A stretch of 64,000 nt of DNA from an uncultured Phycisphaerales bacterium (GCA_963758525.1 CAVWVQ010000003.1:4608001-4672000); one strand, 5' to 3'. Counted from the stretch's first letter, positions 42,145 through 52,790 are shown. The notes: generated by a model not told the origin, from the sequence alone. Translations and numbers: made by a program.

Positions 42145-42262
42145 CCAGCGTTGAGCGTTTCACGTCTTCACGTTTCATGTGTGCTCTCAGTTTGATTTCA
42201 GACCCTTCCCGACGTATCACAACGCCCCTTAGCCGCGCGACTGTCTAACCCGAGGTGATCGC

Positions 42263-43789
42263 ATGCCATCGGCCTCTCCCTGTGCTCTTATCATCTTTGG
42301 CGCCAGCGGTGATCTGGCCAAGCGAAAGCTTATTCCGGCGATTTACGAGCTGATGCGCGAGAAGCTGCTGGACGAGCATTTCGTCCTGGTCGGCTTCTCG
42401 CGATCGGCGATGAGCGACGAGGCGTATCGGGCCGAGTGTCGCGAGGCGGTCATGAAGTTCGCGCGCACCAAGCCTGTGGACGAGGCGATCTGGAAAAAGA
42501 TTGAATCGTCCACGTATTACGTGCAGGGAGATTACGGATCGGCCGACGATCACGCGAAACTGGCCGACAAGCTCGCCAGCCTTGATCGCGAGAAGGGGAC
42601 GGAGGGAAACCGTCTTTTCTATCTGTCGACGCCCCCCAATACCTTTGAGCCGATCATTACCTGCCTTGGCGAAAAACATAAGCCGGGCGGCGAGTCGAAG
42701 ATCTGGCAGCGCATCATCATCGAGAAGCCGTTCGGCCGCGATCTGGCCAGCGCCCGTTCGCTCAACAAGCTGCTGCACACCTACTTCGCCGAAGAGCAGG
42801 TATTCCGCATCGACCATTATCTGGGCAAGGAGACGGTGCAGAATCTGATGGTGATGCGGTTTGCCAATCTGATCTTCGAGCCGCTCTGGAATCATCGCTT
42901 CATCGATCATGTGCAGATCACCGTCAGCGAGACCCTGGGCGTCGGAACGCGCGGGGGGTATTACGACAAGAGCGGCGCAATGCGCGACATGATCCAAAAC
43001 CATCTGTTTCAGTTGCTGGCGCTGGTGGCGATGGAGCCGCCGGCGGCGCTGGACGCGGTCAGCATTCGCGACGAGAAGGTGAAGGTGTACAAAAGCATCC
43101 GACCCATCAAGCCGGAGAAGGCCGACGAATCCGCGATTCGGGGCCAATATGGCCCCGGCGAGGCAGCGGGGCAGAAGACCAGGGGATATCGCTCGGAAAA
43201 AGACGTCCCGCCCGGTTCGCGCACGGAGACATTCGTCGCCCTCAAGCTTTACATCGACAACTGGCGGTGGAGCGGCAGGCCGTTTTATCTGCGCACCGGA
43301 AAGTTTCTGCCAGACAAGGTGAGCGAGATTGTGGTGCGATTCCGGTCTCCGCCGCAGGCGCTGTTCCAGGCGCAGTGCGCAACCGCGTTGTACCCCAACG
43401 ATCTGATTATTCGTGTGCAGCCCGAGGAGGGCATCAGTTGGCGTCTCAACGGAAAAGTTCCCGGCGGGCAGATGAACATCAAGCCCGTCGAGCTCGACTT
43501 CCTCTACAAGAGCACCTTCAACGTGGAGCCGCCCGAAGCCTATGAGCGGCTGATTCACGACGCGCTCACCGGCGACCAGACCCTGTTCATCCGCGGCGAT
43601 GAAGCCGAAGCCGCATGGACCGTCATCGACCCGATTGAGAAGGGTTGGGCCGCGAGCAAGAATGAGCCGCAGGAGTATGCCCCGGGATCGTGGGGTCCCA
43701 AACGCGCGATGGATTTGATCGAAATGGACGGTCGCCGCTGGCTGCACAGCAGCGACGGGGCCGAGCCGGTTGTGGCGTGCGCGCTGTAA
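42263..43789 (+). CDS. zwf: Glucose-6-phosphate 1-dehydrogenase
   Basis: FGASGDLAKRKL, IEKPFG, RIDHYLGKE, RDMIQNH, FYLRTGK, AYERL. Confidence 0.97.
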   Translation: MPSASPCALIIFGASGDLAKRKLIPAIYELMREKLLDEHFVLVGFSRSAMSDEAYRAECREAVMKFARTKPVDEAIWKKIESSTYYVQGDYGSADDHAKLADKLASLDREKGTEGNRLFYLSTPPNTFEPIITCLGEKHKPGGESKIWQRIIIEKPFGRDLASARSLNKLLHTYFAEEQVFRIDHYLGKETVQNLMVMRFANLIFEPLWNHRFIDHVQITVSETLGVGTRGGYYDKSGAMRDMIQNHLFQLLALVAMEPPAALDAVSIRDEKVKVYKSIRPIKPEKADESAIRGQYGPGEAAGQKTRGYRSEKDVPPGSRTETFVALKLYIDNWRWSGRPFYLRTGKFLPDKVSEIVVRFRSPPQALFQAQCATALYPNDLIIRVQPEEGISWRLNGKVPGGQMNIKPVELDFLYKSTFNVEPPEAYERLIHDALTGDQTLFIRGDEAEAAWTVIDPIEKGWAASKNEPQEYAPGSWGPKRAMDLIEMDGRRWLHSSDGAEPVVACAL

Positions 43790-43802
43790 ACGGCCGGCGT
43801 CT

Positions 43803-44210
43803 TTACACCAAGGCCTTGAATCGGACGTAGTCTGAAACGCCGCGGAAGCCGGCTTGCTTTGACGATTCTTCGAGCCTGGCTTTCTCTTCTGTTGTCAGTC
43901 GGACGTTCACTTGTTGATCGCGCAACGCTTCTGACGCTGGCGCAGGCGGCGATTGTCCATCCTCAATCATCATGGCAACCACGGCCGCGAACGCATCGCG
44001 CGTCTTTTCCACGCACTGGTCAGGCGTCGCTCCGTCGTTCATTGCCAGCGGCAACTCCAGACCACGGCCATACCACTCGCCATCTTCGAAATGAAGAATC
44101 ACCTGATACCTCGCCGCGATCTCGCGAGCGCGCGCCATGATCTTTGGATCAACCGGACGATCGATCGCCCCCGACGTTACCTTACGGGAGTTTTTGGATC
44201 TTGCGGACAT
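43803..44210 (-). CDS. HicB-like antitoxin with a C-terminal ribbon-helix-helix
   Basis: YQVIL..EDGEWYGRGLELP..DGATPDQCV....PPAP; QVNVRLTTEEKARL...SDYVR. Confidence 0.75.
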   Translation of the reverse strand: MSARSKNSRKVTSGAIDRPVDPKIMARAREIAARYQVILHFEDGEWYGRGLELPLAMNDGATPDQCVEKTRDAFAAVVAMMIEDGQSPPAPASEALRDQQVNVRLTTEEKARLEESSKQAGFRGVSDYVRFKALV

Positions 44211-44305
44211 AAACTGCTTTTACCTACCGAACGCAAGCAAGCAGAAGCCGCTTTCATTGCCGGCAGAATTCAGAATTCAACAGAGAAACGCCGAGCACGC
44301 GGTCA

Positions 44306-45568
44306 TCAATGCCGGCTGAGCATGATCGCGATCATGATGAGGTTCGCGATGACAGAAACGCCCGCGACTCCCGCCAGGATCAGGACGGTCGGCTCCTGCC
44401 AGATGCTGGCGGGAGCGGGGGATGACGGCGCCGGGGCGATGTCGACGGTTTTGCCCGATTCAATCTTCGTGAGCTGTTCCAGATCGACCGTGCGACGCGC
44501 GTGAATGGGGGGCTGGCCCGCGCGAACTGCCACGAGGTCGTCGAGCATGTCGGCGGTGCTGGCGTAACGATCGTCGCGCTTCTTCGCCATTGCCACTTCG
44601 ATAATCTCGCCGACGCCGGAACTGAGCGTCGTGATCAAATGATCAGGCGGCAGCAGGGGATCCTTCAGATGCTTGTGCATCACCGCGCTGGGCGTCGCGG
44701 CCTCGAACGGGGGCCGGCCCGTCAGCAGGTGATACAGCGTGGCGCCCAGCGAATAGATGTCGGCCCGGAAGTCGATATCCACGTCGCCGCGAATCTGTTC
44801 CGGGCTGATGTAGTAGGGCGTTCCGTAGGCCTTTCCAGCTTCGGACTCCGCCGCGGTTTTGTCGTCCTGCGCACGCGCCAGACCAAGGTCGGTCAGCTTG
44901 GCAACTCCCTGGGGCGTCAGGATGATGTTTTTCGGCTTCACGTCGCGGTGAATCAAGCCGCGCTGATGGGCATGCACCAGCGCCTCGGCCATCTGAATGG
45001 TGATGTCCAGCGACTCCGCCTCGGTGAATTGATGCGAGTCTCCCAGCGGCGGCGGCTGCATCATGTCGTACAGCGTCAGCCCCTCAATGTACTCCATCAC
45101 GAAAAAGTGATAGCTGTCCGGCGTCGATCCGACGTCGATTGCCTGCACGATGTTGTTGTGCGACAGGCGGGCGGCGGCGCGACCCTCCTGGTAAAAGCGA
45201 GCGACGAATTCCTTGTTCTCGCTCATCTTTCGCGGGAGAACCTTTACCGCGACGATGCGATCCAGCGAGATCTGACGTGCCTTGTAGACCGTCGCCATCG
45301 CCCCTTTGCCGCACTTGGTGATCAGTTGGTATCCGGGAATCTGCGACTGCTTGCGCTCATCGAACTGCCGCTTCAGACGCTTTGCCTGGTTGGCGGTGAT
45401 GAAGGAATTCTCAACCAGCAGGTCCGAGAGACTGCGCTGATTGGGATCCGAAGCCTGTTTCTGCTGCTCGCGGCAGTAGTCAATTTCGTTCTGAGTGGCA
45501 AGACCGGCATCGACCACGGCCTTGCCGATCTCGGTGTCTGCAGAGACGTTGGTTTCAGTCTGCGCCAT
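44306..45568 (-). CDS. Membrane-anchored serine/threonine protein kinase
   Basis: GKGAMATVY, VAVKVL, IHRDVKPKN, DLGLAR, GTPYYISPEQ, DIYSLG; C-terminal TM. Confidence 0.95.
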   Translation of the reverse strand: MAQTETNVSADTEIGKAVVDAGLATQNEIDYCREQQKQASDPNQRSLSDLLVENSFITANQAKRLKRQFDERKQSQIPGYQLITKCGKGAMATVYKARQISLDRIVAVKVLPRKMSENKEFVARFYQEGRAAARLSHNNIVQAIDVGSTPDSYHFFVMEYIEGLTLYDMMQPPPLGDSHQFTEAESLDITIQMAEALVHAHQRGLIHRDVKPKNIILTPQGVAKLTDLGLARAQDDKTAAESEAGKAYGTPYYISPEQIRGDVDIDFRADIYSLGATLYHLLTGRPPFEAATPSAVMHKHLKDPLLPPDHLITTLSSGVGEIIEVAMAKKRDDRYASTADMLDDLVAVRAGQPPIHARRTVDLEQLTKIESGKTVDIAPAPSSPAPASIWQEPTVLILAGVAGVSVIANLIMIAIMLSRH

Positions 45569-45827
45569 TGCTACGGATAAAGACCGGCGAACCATGCCGC
45601 CGTTGTCGAACTCAAGCAGCGGGGGAGAGTTGAGAGTGATACTTCTGCTTCTGGAACGTACGTCTGGTTTGCCGTACTGTCAAGAAGACTTCTGGAATAG
45701 GGGATCACCCTAGCCGCAGTGACTGGCGACCTGCGGCGTTACAAGCTACGACAGATCCGCTTCCCCGCGCGGCGTCAATTTCGCCCATGCTGCCCGGTGT
45801 CTGATAATTGCGGTTCACGGATATTCT

Positions 45828-46598
45828 ATGCTCAGCAAACGGATCATTCCCTGTCTGGACGTCGATCGCGGCCGCGTCGTCAAGGGCATCAAATTCTTCG
45901 ATCACGTCGATGCCGGCGACCCGGTAGAGCAGGCTCGGCGGTATCAGGACGAGGGCGCCGACGAGTTGGTGTTCTACGACATCACTGCGAGCTTCGAGGG
46001 CCGCCAGATCATGGCAGATCTGGTTGCGCGCGTCATGGAAAACATTTTCATGCCGTTGACCGTTGGCGGCGGCATCAGGACGCTCGACGATGCCACCCGC
46101 CTGATCCAGGCAGGGGCGGAAAAAGTGAGCCTCAATTCGGCGGCTGTCAAAAATCCCGCGCTGCTTGCCGAGGTCGCCCGCAAGTTCGGACGGTGTGCGA
46201 CCGTGCTCGGGCTTGACGCCAACCGCATCATGCGCGACGGCCGGGAAATCTGGGAAGTCTTCGTGAACGGCGGACGAACTCCAACCGGCATCCGTGTGAT
46301 GGACTGGGTAAAGCAGGCCGAGCGACTCGGGGCGGGTGAGATCGTCCTCAACGTCATGAATGCCGACGGGACGACGAGCGGATACGACCTGGAGATGACG
46401 GCGGCGGTGAGTGACTCGGTAACAATTCCCGTCGTCGCCAGCGGCGGGGCGGGCTCGCCGCAACATATTCTCGACGTGCTCACGACCGGGCACGCCGACG
46501 CGGCGCTCGCCGCGAGCATCTTCCATTTCAAAACGCATTCGATCGGCGAAGTGAAACGATTTCTCGCCGGGCATGACGTGCCGGTGCGGTTGGTGTAG
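45828..46598 (+). CDS. hisF: Imidazole glycerol phosphate synthase cyclase subunit
   Basis: KRIIPCLDV..GRVVKG, GADELVFYDITAS, PLTVGGG, GAGEI, DGT..GYD, PVVASGGAG, LAASIFH. Confidence 0.97.
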   Translation: MLSKRIIPCLDVDRGRVVKGIKFFDHVDAGDPVEQARRYQDEGADELVFYDITASFEGRQIMADLVARVMENIFMPLTVGGGIRTLDDATRLIQAGAEKVSLNSAAVKNPALLAEVARKFGRCATVLGLDANRIMRDGREIWEVFVNGGRTPTGIRVMDWVKQAERLGAGEIVLNVMNADGTTSGYDLEMTAAVSDSVTIPVVASGGAGSPQHILDVLTTGHADAALAASIFHFKTHSIGEVKRFLAGHDVPVRLV

Positions 46599-46607
46599 CG
46601 ACTATCG

Positions 46608-48209
46608 CTACGTCCCGCTCTGGTGAAACGTGATCGCATGCCCCAACAGCTTCGCCAGCATGGGCGCTTTGTTTCTCGCCCCCCAGATTTCCAGCTCCGC
46701 GTCGCTCTTGGAGTTCACCACGATATCGATCCGCTTCCGCCCGACCTTGGACTTCACTGACGACACGACGGCTCCGTGGCTGCGATCCAGCCCGTCAGCG
46801 ATGCGCAGCAGCACCGCGCCGATTTCAACAATCCTCTGCCCGTGCGGCGAAAGCCTGGCAAACTCCGCGTGCTTCTTCGCGGGGCCTGACTTGCGATGGT
46901 ATCGCGCGATGTTGCCGATGATGCGGATTTCGTTGCGGGTGAAATCCTTCAGATCGCCGTTGAGAATCAGATACATGCTGTGTTTGTGATGACGCTGGCG
47001 GGCGATGTGCCACCCGATGTCGTGCAGCAGGCAGCCGTACTCGATCAACTCGCGGGCGTCGGGACCCAGCCGATGGATCGGCGCGAGCTGATCGAACAGT
47101 TCGAGGCAGATGCGGGCCACCTGTTCGCTGTGCGATTGATGCCAGTGACAGCGCCGCCCCAGGTCCAGCACGCTCCGCCGGCGCGGGTCCGGGACCTCCC
47201 GCCGGATCGACAAATCCGGCAAATGCCTGGCAAGATAGTCCACCAGGATTCCCTCGCGCAGAGCGGATTTGCACAACTTCATCTCGTTCAGCGAGAGCCG
47301 TCGCAGCACTTCATTGACCAGCAGGGCCCCGGCCACAATCTGGTCCTTGCGCTGATCGTCCAGGCCGTTGATCGCGGCCCGATCTTTGGAGCGGCTTTCC
47401 AGCAAAGCCGCGACCAGACGCGACAGCGGCTCCTTCTCGATGACCGAGGGATCGCGTTTGGAATTGCGATCGTAAAATTCCGCGCACATCGCCGCGAGAT
47501 TCTCCAGCGTCCCGCTGGTGGCGATCGCGGCCACGGGTTTGAGGGCGAGCACGCTCTCGCAGAGCGGTCGAAGCTCGCGGTCGTAGTGATTCATCAGCGA
47601 CTTGAGGTCTTCGGCGCTGACCGGATCCGAAGAAATGTAGCGCGCCGTCATCCGAGCCGCGCCCAGTTTCCGGCTCTCCAGCAACTGCGGCTTAGTTCCG
47701 TCGGCGACGATGAATTCCACGCTCCCGCCGCCGACGTCCATGATGAAATTCGGCTGGTTGCCCAGTTCGATTGCATGGCGCACCCCCAGATAAATCAGTC
47801 TGGCTTCTTCGCGCGCGGAGACGACGCGCACCAGCAAGCCGAGCTCCCGCCGCACCCGCACGAGAAAATCGCCGCCGTTGATTGCCTCGCGGACCGCGCT
47901 GGTTGCGACGGCGAGGATTTTTTCGCATCCGCGGGAGCGCGCCGTGTCCTGAAACCGGCCCAGCGCCGCGACGGCCCGATCCATCGCCTCCTTTGATAGA
48001 CGCTGCGACGGAAAGCTCAGCCGCCCCAGCCCGACCATTTCCTTCATCCGCCACAGGGTCGTCACCGCGCCGTCGGCGTCAGCCTGTGCAATGACCATGT
48101 GCAGGCTGTTGGACCCGACATCGATCGCGGCGATGCGAAGCTCCGACGGCGGCTGATCCATTGTCGCGGGCGTTTTGGCCGGTTTTACGGAGATCGACGC
48201 TTTTGGCAT
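46608..48209 (-). CDS. ppx: Ppx/GppA family exopolyphosphatase with HD domain
   Basis: AAIDVGSNSLH, ATSAVREA, EEARLIY, DVGGGSVE, LREG, LHDIG, ARYHRK, LRIADGLDRSH. Confidence 0.9.
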   Translation of the reverse strand: MPKASISVKPAKTPATMDQPPSELRIAAIDVGSNSLHMVIAQADADGAVTTLWRMKEMVGLGRLSFPSQRLSKEAMDRAVAALGRFQDTARSRGCEKILAVATSAVREAINGGDFLVRVRRELGLLVRVVSAREEARLIYLGVRHAIELGNQPNFIMDVGGGSVEFIVADGTKPQLLESRKLGAARMTARYISSDPVSAEDLKSLMNHYDRELRPLCESVLALKPVAAIATSGTLENLAAMCAEFYDRNSKRDPSVIEKEPLSRLVAALLESRSKDRAAINGLDDQRKDQIVAGALLVNEVLRRLSLNEMKLCKSALREGILVDYLARHLPDLSIRREVPDPRRRSVLDLGRRCHWHQSHSEQVARICLELFDQLAPIHRLGPDARELIEYGCLLHDIGWHIARQRHHKHSMYLILNGDLKDFTRNEIRIIGNIARYHRKSGPAKKHAEFARLSPHGQRIVEIGAVLLRIADGLDRSHGAVVSSVKSKVGRKRIDIVVNSKSDAELEIWGARNKAPMLAKLLGHAITFHQSGT

Positions 48210-48694
48210 GTTGGTGATTCCTCGTTTGGAAGAGCAATACGAAGGTACGGCCTGGCAGCGCCCCCGTCCAAGATTTCCCGGCACGCCTCTGCAAGCTGCG
48301 CCCGTTCCCCGGGCCACAGAAACGTCCGATCGATCTGCTCGCGATGCACCCAGCGGCTCGCATCATGCTCATGATTCAGCGTGACGGGGGCATCGCGGCG
48401 CACGATCGCACAGAATCCGGGACAGTGCCACAACGTGTCGTCCCCGTGAAGATAAAAAATGTCGACGGTATCCAACTGGAAGAACTCCATGGGCGCGAGC
48501 CCCGTTTCTTCCTTCAATTCCCGCAGAGCCGCGCCCCAGGCGGTTTCGCCCGCCTCAATCTTTCCCCGCACCGTGGACCACGCTCCGCCCATGAATTCTC
48601 CCGGCGAGCGACGAAGTTGCAGAAATTCGCACAGCGATCCAGCCTCGCCGCAGCGAACGACAAAGCAGGCCACCATGTCGTGACGAACTTTCAT
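48185..48694 (-). CDS. NUDIX hydrolase
   Basis: GKIEAGETAWGAALRELKEETGL Nudix box; ATG at 48694 overlaps the dprA stop. Confidence 0.88.
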   Translation of the reverse strand: MKVRHDMVACFVVRCGEAGSLCEFLQLRRSPGEFMGGAWSTVRGKIEAGETAWGAALRELKEETGLAPMEFFQLDTVDIFYLHGDDTLWHCPGFCAIVRRDAPVTLNHEHDASRWVHREQIDRTFLWPGERAQLAEACREILDGGAARPYLRIALPNEESPTCQKRRSP

Positions 48695-49837
48695 CGGGGC
48701 TTTCTTCGTGCGTATACCTGCCCGTGAACGCGCTGAATAACGCCCTTGAGCGTCAGATAGGTCAATTCCTGCAGGACGGTCTGGGCCGGCAGCGACGTGA
48801 CATCGATGATCCGATCCACGCTCGCCTCCTCGCCGCCGAGGCATTGAAGCATCCGCCGCTGCTGATCGGTGAAGCCGCCGTCGGTGATCGAAGGAGCGGT
48901 CTCGATGACTGCCACTGAAACCGGCTCGGCAGGCGGCGCAACGCCGGCGGAATCGGGCAATGGCGTCAACCCATCCAGAATGTCCTCCAGACAAGTCGTC
49001 AGGATCGCGCCGTCGCGAATGAGCCGGTGCGGTCCCACCGAAAGCGGATTGTCCACCCGGCCCGGCAGCGCGAAGACCGGCCGGCTCTGGTCGTCGTACG
49101 CCTGCGCGCACGGTGATCAGCGCGCCGCTGCGTTCATCGGCCTCGACGATGAGCACCCCGCGAGACATGCCGCTGATGATGCGATTGCGACGGGGGAAGT
49201 TTTCGCGGGCCGGCTCGGCGCCCATCGGATATTCGCTCACCACCGCGCCGCGGTTTGCAATGGCAGCAAAAAGCACGGCGTTCTCCGGCGGGTATGCAAC
49301 ATCGACGCCGCAACCGAGGATGGCGATCGTGCGTCCGTTGGGATGAGACAGCGCGCCGCGATGCGTCGCCGAATCGACGCCGCGGGCGCCGCCGCTCACG
49401 ACGGTCATTCCCGCCCCCGCCAGCAGCGCGGCAAAACGCTCGGCTTGTTCGCGTCCGTAAAAAGTGCATTTGCGGCTGCCAACGATCGCCAGCGCGTTCA
49501 GATCCCGCGGCTCCAGGGTTCCGCGCACGTACAGCACGCAGGGAGGATCGGGAATTTCCCGCAGCAGCAGGGGGTATGATGTGTCGTCAGGACAGATGAT
49601 TTGCGCGCCGGCTGCCGTCGCGGCGTGCAGTTCGGCATCCACTTCATGCGCTGACGCCCGCAGTGCGGCAGCGATGTGTCCGGCCCTGCCGGCGCCGATT
49701 CCCTCGACCGATTCGAGCAGCGCCGCATCAGCGCCGCAGGCGGCCTGGGCGCTCCCCGCCAGCGCAACCAGCCTGCGCGAAAGAACCGGGCCGATGCCCG
49801 ATGTCAGCGACAGTTGCAGCCAATGACGCAGACCCAA
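48691..49837 (-). CDS. dprA: DNA-processing protein DprA (frameshift near 49110)
   Basis: YPLLLREIPDPP, AIVGSRKCTFYG, VSGGARGVD, FPRRNRIISG, VEADERSGALIT; then VFALPGRVDNPLSVGPHRLIRDGA and C-terminal wHTH. Confidence 0.93.
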
Positions 49838-49850
49838 CGTTCAACTCCTT

Positions 49851-50948
49851 TTAGAGAGTGCCCAATGATTGCAGCGCTGCGAGCGCGGCTTCCGCGGGCA
49901 CGTCATCGCGAATCACCACATGGCCGATCCGATCCGGCAAAATGAAGCGAATCCGGCCGCCGCGCACCTTCTTGTCGAAGATCATCGCATGGGCGACCGC
50001 ACGCGGATCGAGCTGCATGCCGCTGACGGGCAATCCTGCTTTGGCGATCACTCCCACGATCCGGCTCCGCGACTTTTCATCGAGCATTCCCAGATCGGTC
50101 GCCAGACGAGATGCAGCCACCATCCCCAGCGCAACACATTCGCCATGTGAATACGCATAGCGTGAGACGCTCTCGATCGCATGCCCGAACGTGTGCCCGA
50201 AGTTGAGGTGGGCACGCTCCCCTTTTTCAAAGGGATCGGCTTCCACGACCGATGCCTTGATTGCAACATTGTGCGCGACGAGCGCGGAGAGATAGGAAAT
50301 ATCCCGTTCGAGAGCACGGCTGATCTCCGATTCCAGGCGACCGAAGCCCTCGGCATCGCGGATGATCTCATGCTTGATGCACTCGGCAAGCCCCCCGCGC
50401 AGTTCGCGCGGCGGAAGTGTCTTCAGCGTGTCCGGATCGATCAGCACCGCGATCGGTTGATGGAATGCCCCGATCAGGTTCTTCCCCATCGCGTGGTTGA
50501 TTCCCGTTTTCCCTCCCACGCTCGCGTCCACCATCGCCAGCAGCGTCGTCGGCACCTGAATAAACGGCACGCCGCGCAGGAGCGTCGCCGCCACGAACCC
50601 GGTCATGTCGCCGATCACACCGCCGCCCAGCGCCAGGATCGGCGTGGTGCGTTCGACCTGATGATGCAGGATCGTGTCGTAAACGCCCGACAGGCCGGCA
50701 AGGTTCTTGTGATCTTCGCCGCAAGGGATTGTGGCAACGACCGCCTCGATATTGGCAGATCGCAGCGAGCGCGCCACCGAATCGGCATATACCGGGCCGA
50801 CATTTGAATCTGTGACGATGGCGGCTTTGGAAGCGCGCGTCAATCTCGCGACGACCGTGCCAATGTTCCCCAGAAGCCCCGGCTCAACGAGAACGTCGTA
50901 GCGCCGGCCTTCGACCGTTACCGGAACCGTATTCGCGTGAGCCGCCAT
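49851..50948 (-). CDS. aroB: 3-dehydroquinate synthase
   Basis: GEDHK, ALGGGVIGDMTGF, PTTLLAMVDASVGGKTGIN, KNLIGAFHQP, LNFGHTFGHAIE, HGE, DKK. Confidence 0.97.
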   Translation of the reverse strand: MAAHANTVPVTVEGRRYDVLVEPGLLGNIGTVVARLTRASKAAIVTDSNVGPVYADSVARSLRSANIEAVVATIPCGEDHKNLAGLSGVYDTILHHQVERTTPILALGGGVIGDMTGFVAATLLRGVPFIQVPTTLLAMVDASVGGKTGINHAMGKNLIGAFHQPIAVLIDPDTLKTLPPRELRGGLAECIKHEIIRDAEGFGRLESEISRALERDISYLSALVAHNVAIKASVVEADPFEKGERAHLNFGHTFGHAIESVSRYAYSHGECVALGMVAASRLATDLGMLDEKSRSRIVGVIAKAGLPVSGMQLDPRAVAHAMIFDKKVRGGRIRFILPDRIGHVVIRDDVPAEAALAALQSLGTL

Positions 50949-51030
50949 CGGCCGCATTGTATCGACCGGGCGGCGCGGGTCACGCGCGAGCGTTGCTTTA
51001 GTCGCGGTTTCATAACCCGAGATTCGCCCA

Positions 51031-51113
51031 CCACGCCGAGTCTGAGGTACTCCGAAGGCTCGGATTGTCCGGCGTGCGATCCGGGCCTTCGGCGCACCTC
51101 AGACTCGGCGTGG
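51031..51113. repeat. Intergenic palindromic (REP-like) hairpin
   Basis: ccacgccgagtctgaggtactccgaaggctcggat / atccgggccttcggcgcacctcagactcggcgtgg, 35 bp with 3 mismatches. Confidence 0.85.
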
Positions 51114-51151
51114 GGTTGTGAAACGGGCTCCAGCGATCTTGAAACCGCTCC

Positions 51152-52087
51152 TCACGCCGGCTTGATCGTTACTTCCCCAAGCAACCGCTCGGCCTCTTCT
51201 CGCTGCAGATGACCGGCGTAGGGGGTCTCCGCATTGGCTGCGCCGCAGGCTGACGCGAGCGCGCATGCCTCGTGCAACGTCAATCCGCGGCGCAAACCAG
51301 CCGCCAGACCGGCAGCAAACGAGTCGCCGGAGCCAACAGCGCTGACGGCGCTGATCTTGGGCGAGGAGATGCGCCACAATCCGTTTTTGTCACCAGCGAG
51401 TGCCCCATCCTTTCCAAGCGTGATCACTATGGCATTTTCTGTTCTGACCGCGAGTTTGACCGCCTCGCGCAGCGAAGCGTCCGATTTGACCGGCACCTGC
51501 ATGCTCGAGCCGAATTCATCGCGGTTCAGCTTCGCGATGATCCCCTTTTGCTGCAGCATCTGCAGCAGCGGCTCACCCTGCACATCGGCGATGACGCGGA
51601 TGCCTTTGGCAAGCAGCATCGGCACCAGGCGTGCATACGCATCATCGGGGGTGCCCGGCGGCAGGGTTCCGGAGAACAGCCAGACGTCGCCCGCTGACGC
51701 CTCGTCGGCCAAATGCCTGAGCTTCGTTTCCAGTTGCTGCCAGGCAGCGGCGTCGACAGGCTGGGCTTCCTCAACAATCTCCGTCGCGGTGCCGTTGTAG
51801 CAATCGATCAGCGTGATGCACTGACGGGTATTCTGCTCGATCGATACAAAATCGTGACGGATCCCCGATTGCTGCAACTCTTCGAGCATGAGCCGGCCCC
51901 GGCTACCGCCCGCAAATCCAACGACGATCTCCTCCTCGCCCAGTTCCTTCAAGACGCGCGCGGCGTTGATCGCCTTGCCGGATGGATAATCATGCACGTC
52001 GGCCGTGCGATTCACCGCGTCAACAGTCAGCCGCGCCAGCACCATCGTGCGCTGATACACGGGAGTCGTTCCAATACAAACGATCAT
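51152..52087 (-). CDS. PfkB family carbohydrate kinase (1-phosphofructokinase/tagatose-6-phosphate kinase-like)
   Basis: SGKAINAAR, SGTLPPG, KLNRDE, TLGKDGAL, VSAVGSGDSFAAG. Confidence 0.9.
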   Translation of the reverse strand: MIVCIGTTPVYQRTMVLARLTVDAVNRTADVHDYPSGKAINAARVLKELGEEEIVVGFAGGSRGRLMLEELQQSGIRHDFVSIEQNTRQCITLIDCYNGTATEIVEEAQPVDAAAWQQLETKLRHLADEASAGDVWLFSGTLPPGTPDDAYARLVPMLLAKGIRVIADVQGEPLLQMLQQKGIIAKLNRDEFGSSMQVPVKSDASLREAVKLAVRTENAIVITLGKDGALAGDKNGLWRISSPKISAVSAVGSGDSFAAGLAAGLRRGLTLHEACALASACGAANAETPYAGHLQREEAERLLGEVTIKPA

Positions 52088-52575
52088 GCCATCTCCAGGT
52101 CAACAAGCATTTCCACAGTGCTGGGGCGAAAGCCGCAGCGTTTGAAGAGCGTTCGCGCCGGCGCGTTGTCCCACGCTGCGTGCAGCCGCACCTGGGACAC
52201 GCCGATCTGAGTGAACCGCTCGACGGCCAGGGTCACCATCTGTCGCCCGATCCCTTCATTGCGATATTCATTCTCGACCCACAGATCATGAATCAGGCCG
52301 AACTCCCGAAGCAGGTAAATCGGAATTTCCTTCTCAACGCTGCCGATTAAAAAACCTGCCAGCGAAGCACCCGCGACGTCTGCCCCAGGTTCGGCCACAA
52401 GAAACACGCTTCGCCCATCGGTCGCCCGATCCGTCAGCCATCGCTGATACATCTCACCGACGTCTTCGCGACAGGCATATCTCGAGGCATCGAGCGCTTC
52501 GTGAAACGCGGCAATCTTTCGCACCATCGGCACCACTGAAAGCACGTCTTCTGGTCTTGCCGGACGAACGGTCAT
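52084..52575 (-). CDS. GNAT family N-acetyltransferase
   Basis: MTVRPARPED, IHDLWVENEYRNEGIG, NAPARTLF..CGF. Confidence 0.88.
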   Translation of the reverse strand: MTVRPARPEDVLSVVPMVRKIAAFHEALDASRYACREDVGEMYQRWLTDRATDGRSVFLVAEPGADVAGASLAGFLIGSVEKEIPIYLLREFGLIHDLWVENEYRNEGIGRQMVTLAVERFTQIGVSQVRLHAAWDNAPARTLFKRCGFRPSTVEMLVDLEMA

Positions 52576-52635
52576 GGCACGATTGTAGGGACGCCGAACA
52601 CGTTTCCAAGCTTTCCCCGCTGCGCTTCCCTGTGG

Positions 52636-52780
52636 GGGTGTGGCGCTCGAAAGTGGCGATCGGCTCCGAGTAGGGCGGGATTCATCCCGCCGATTTGTTG
52701 GCCGGCTGAGAAAACGGCGGGATGAATCCCGCCCTACGATCGCAAAATCTGCAATCGCCACAAATAAAAGTTACACCCCC
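52636..52780. mobile_element. Second (inverted) copy of the 145-bp REP-doublet element
   Basis: Reverse complement of 29429-29573. Confidence 0.9.
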
Positions 52781-52790
52781 CTGTGGCATG

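Noticed and set aside
48185..49837. DprA-NUDIX fusion protein (550-aa ORF)
   Set aside because: Artefact of a frameshift near 49110; the true DprA C-terminus is in ORF 48691-49056 and the NUDIX gene has its own ATG at 48694.
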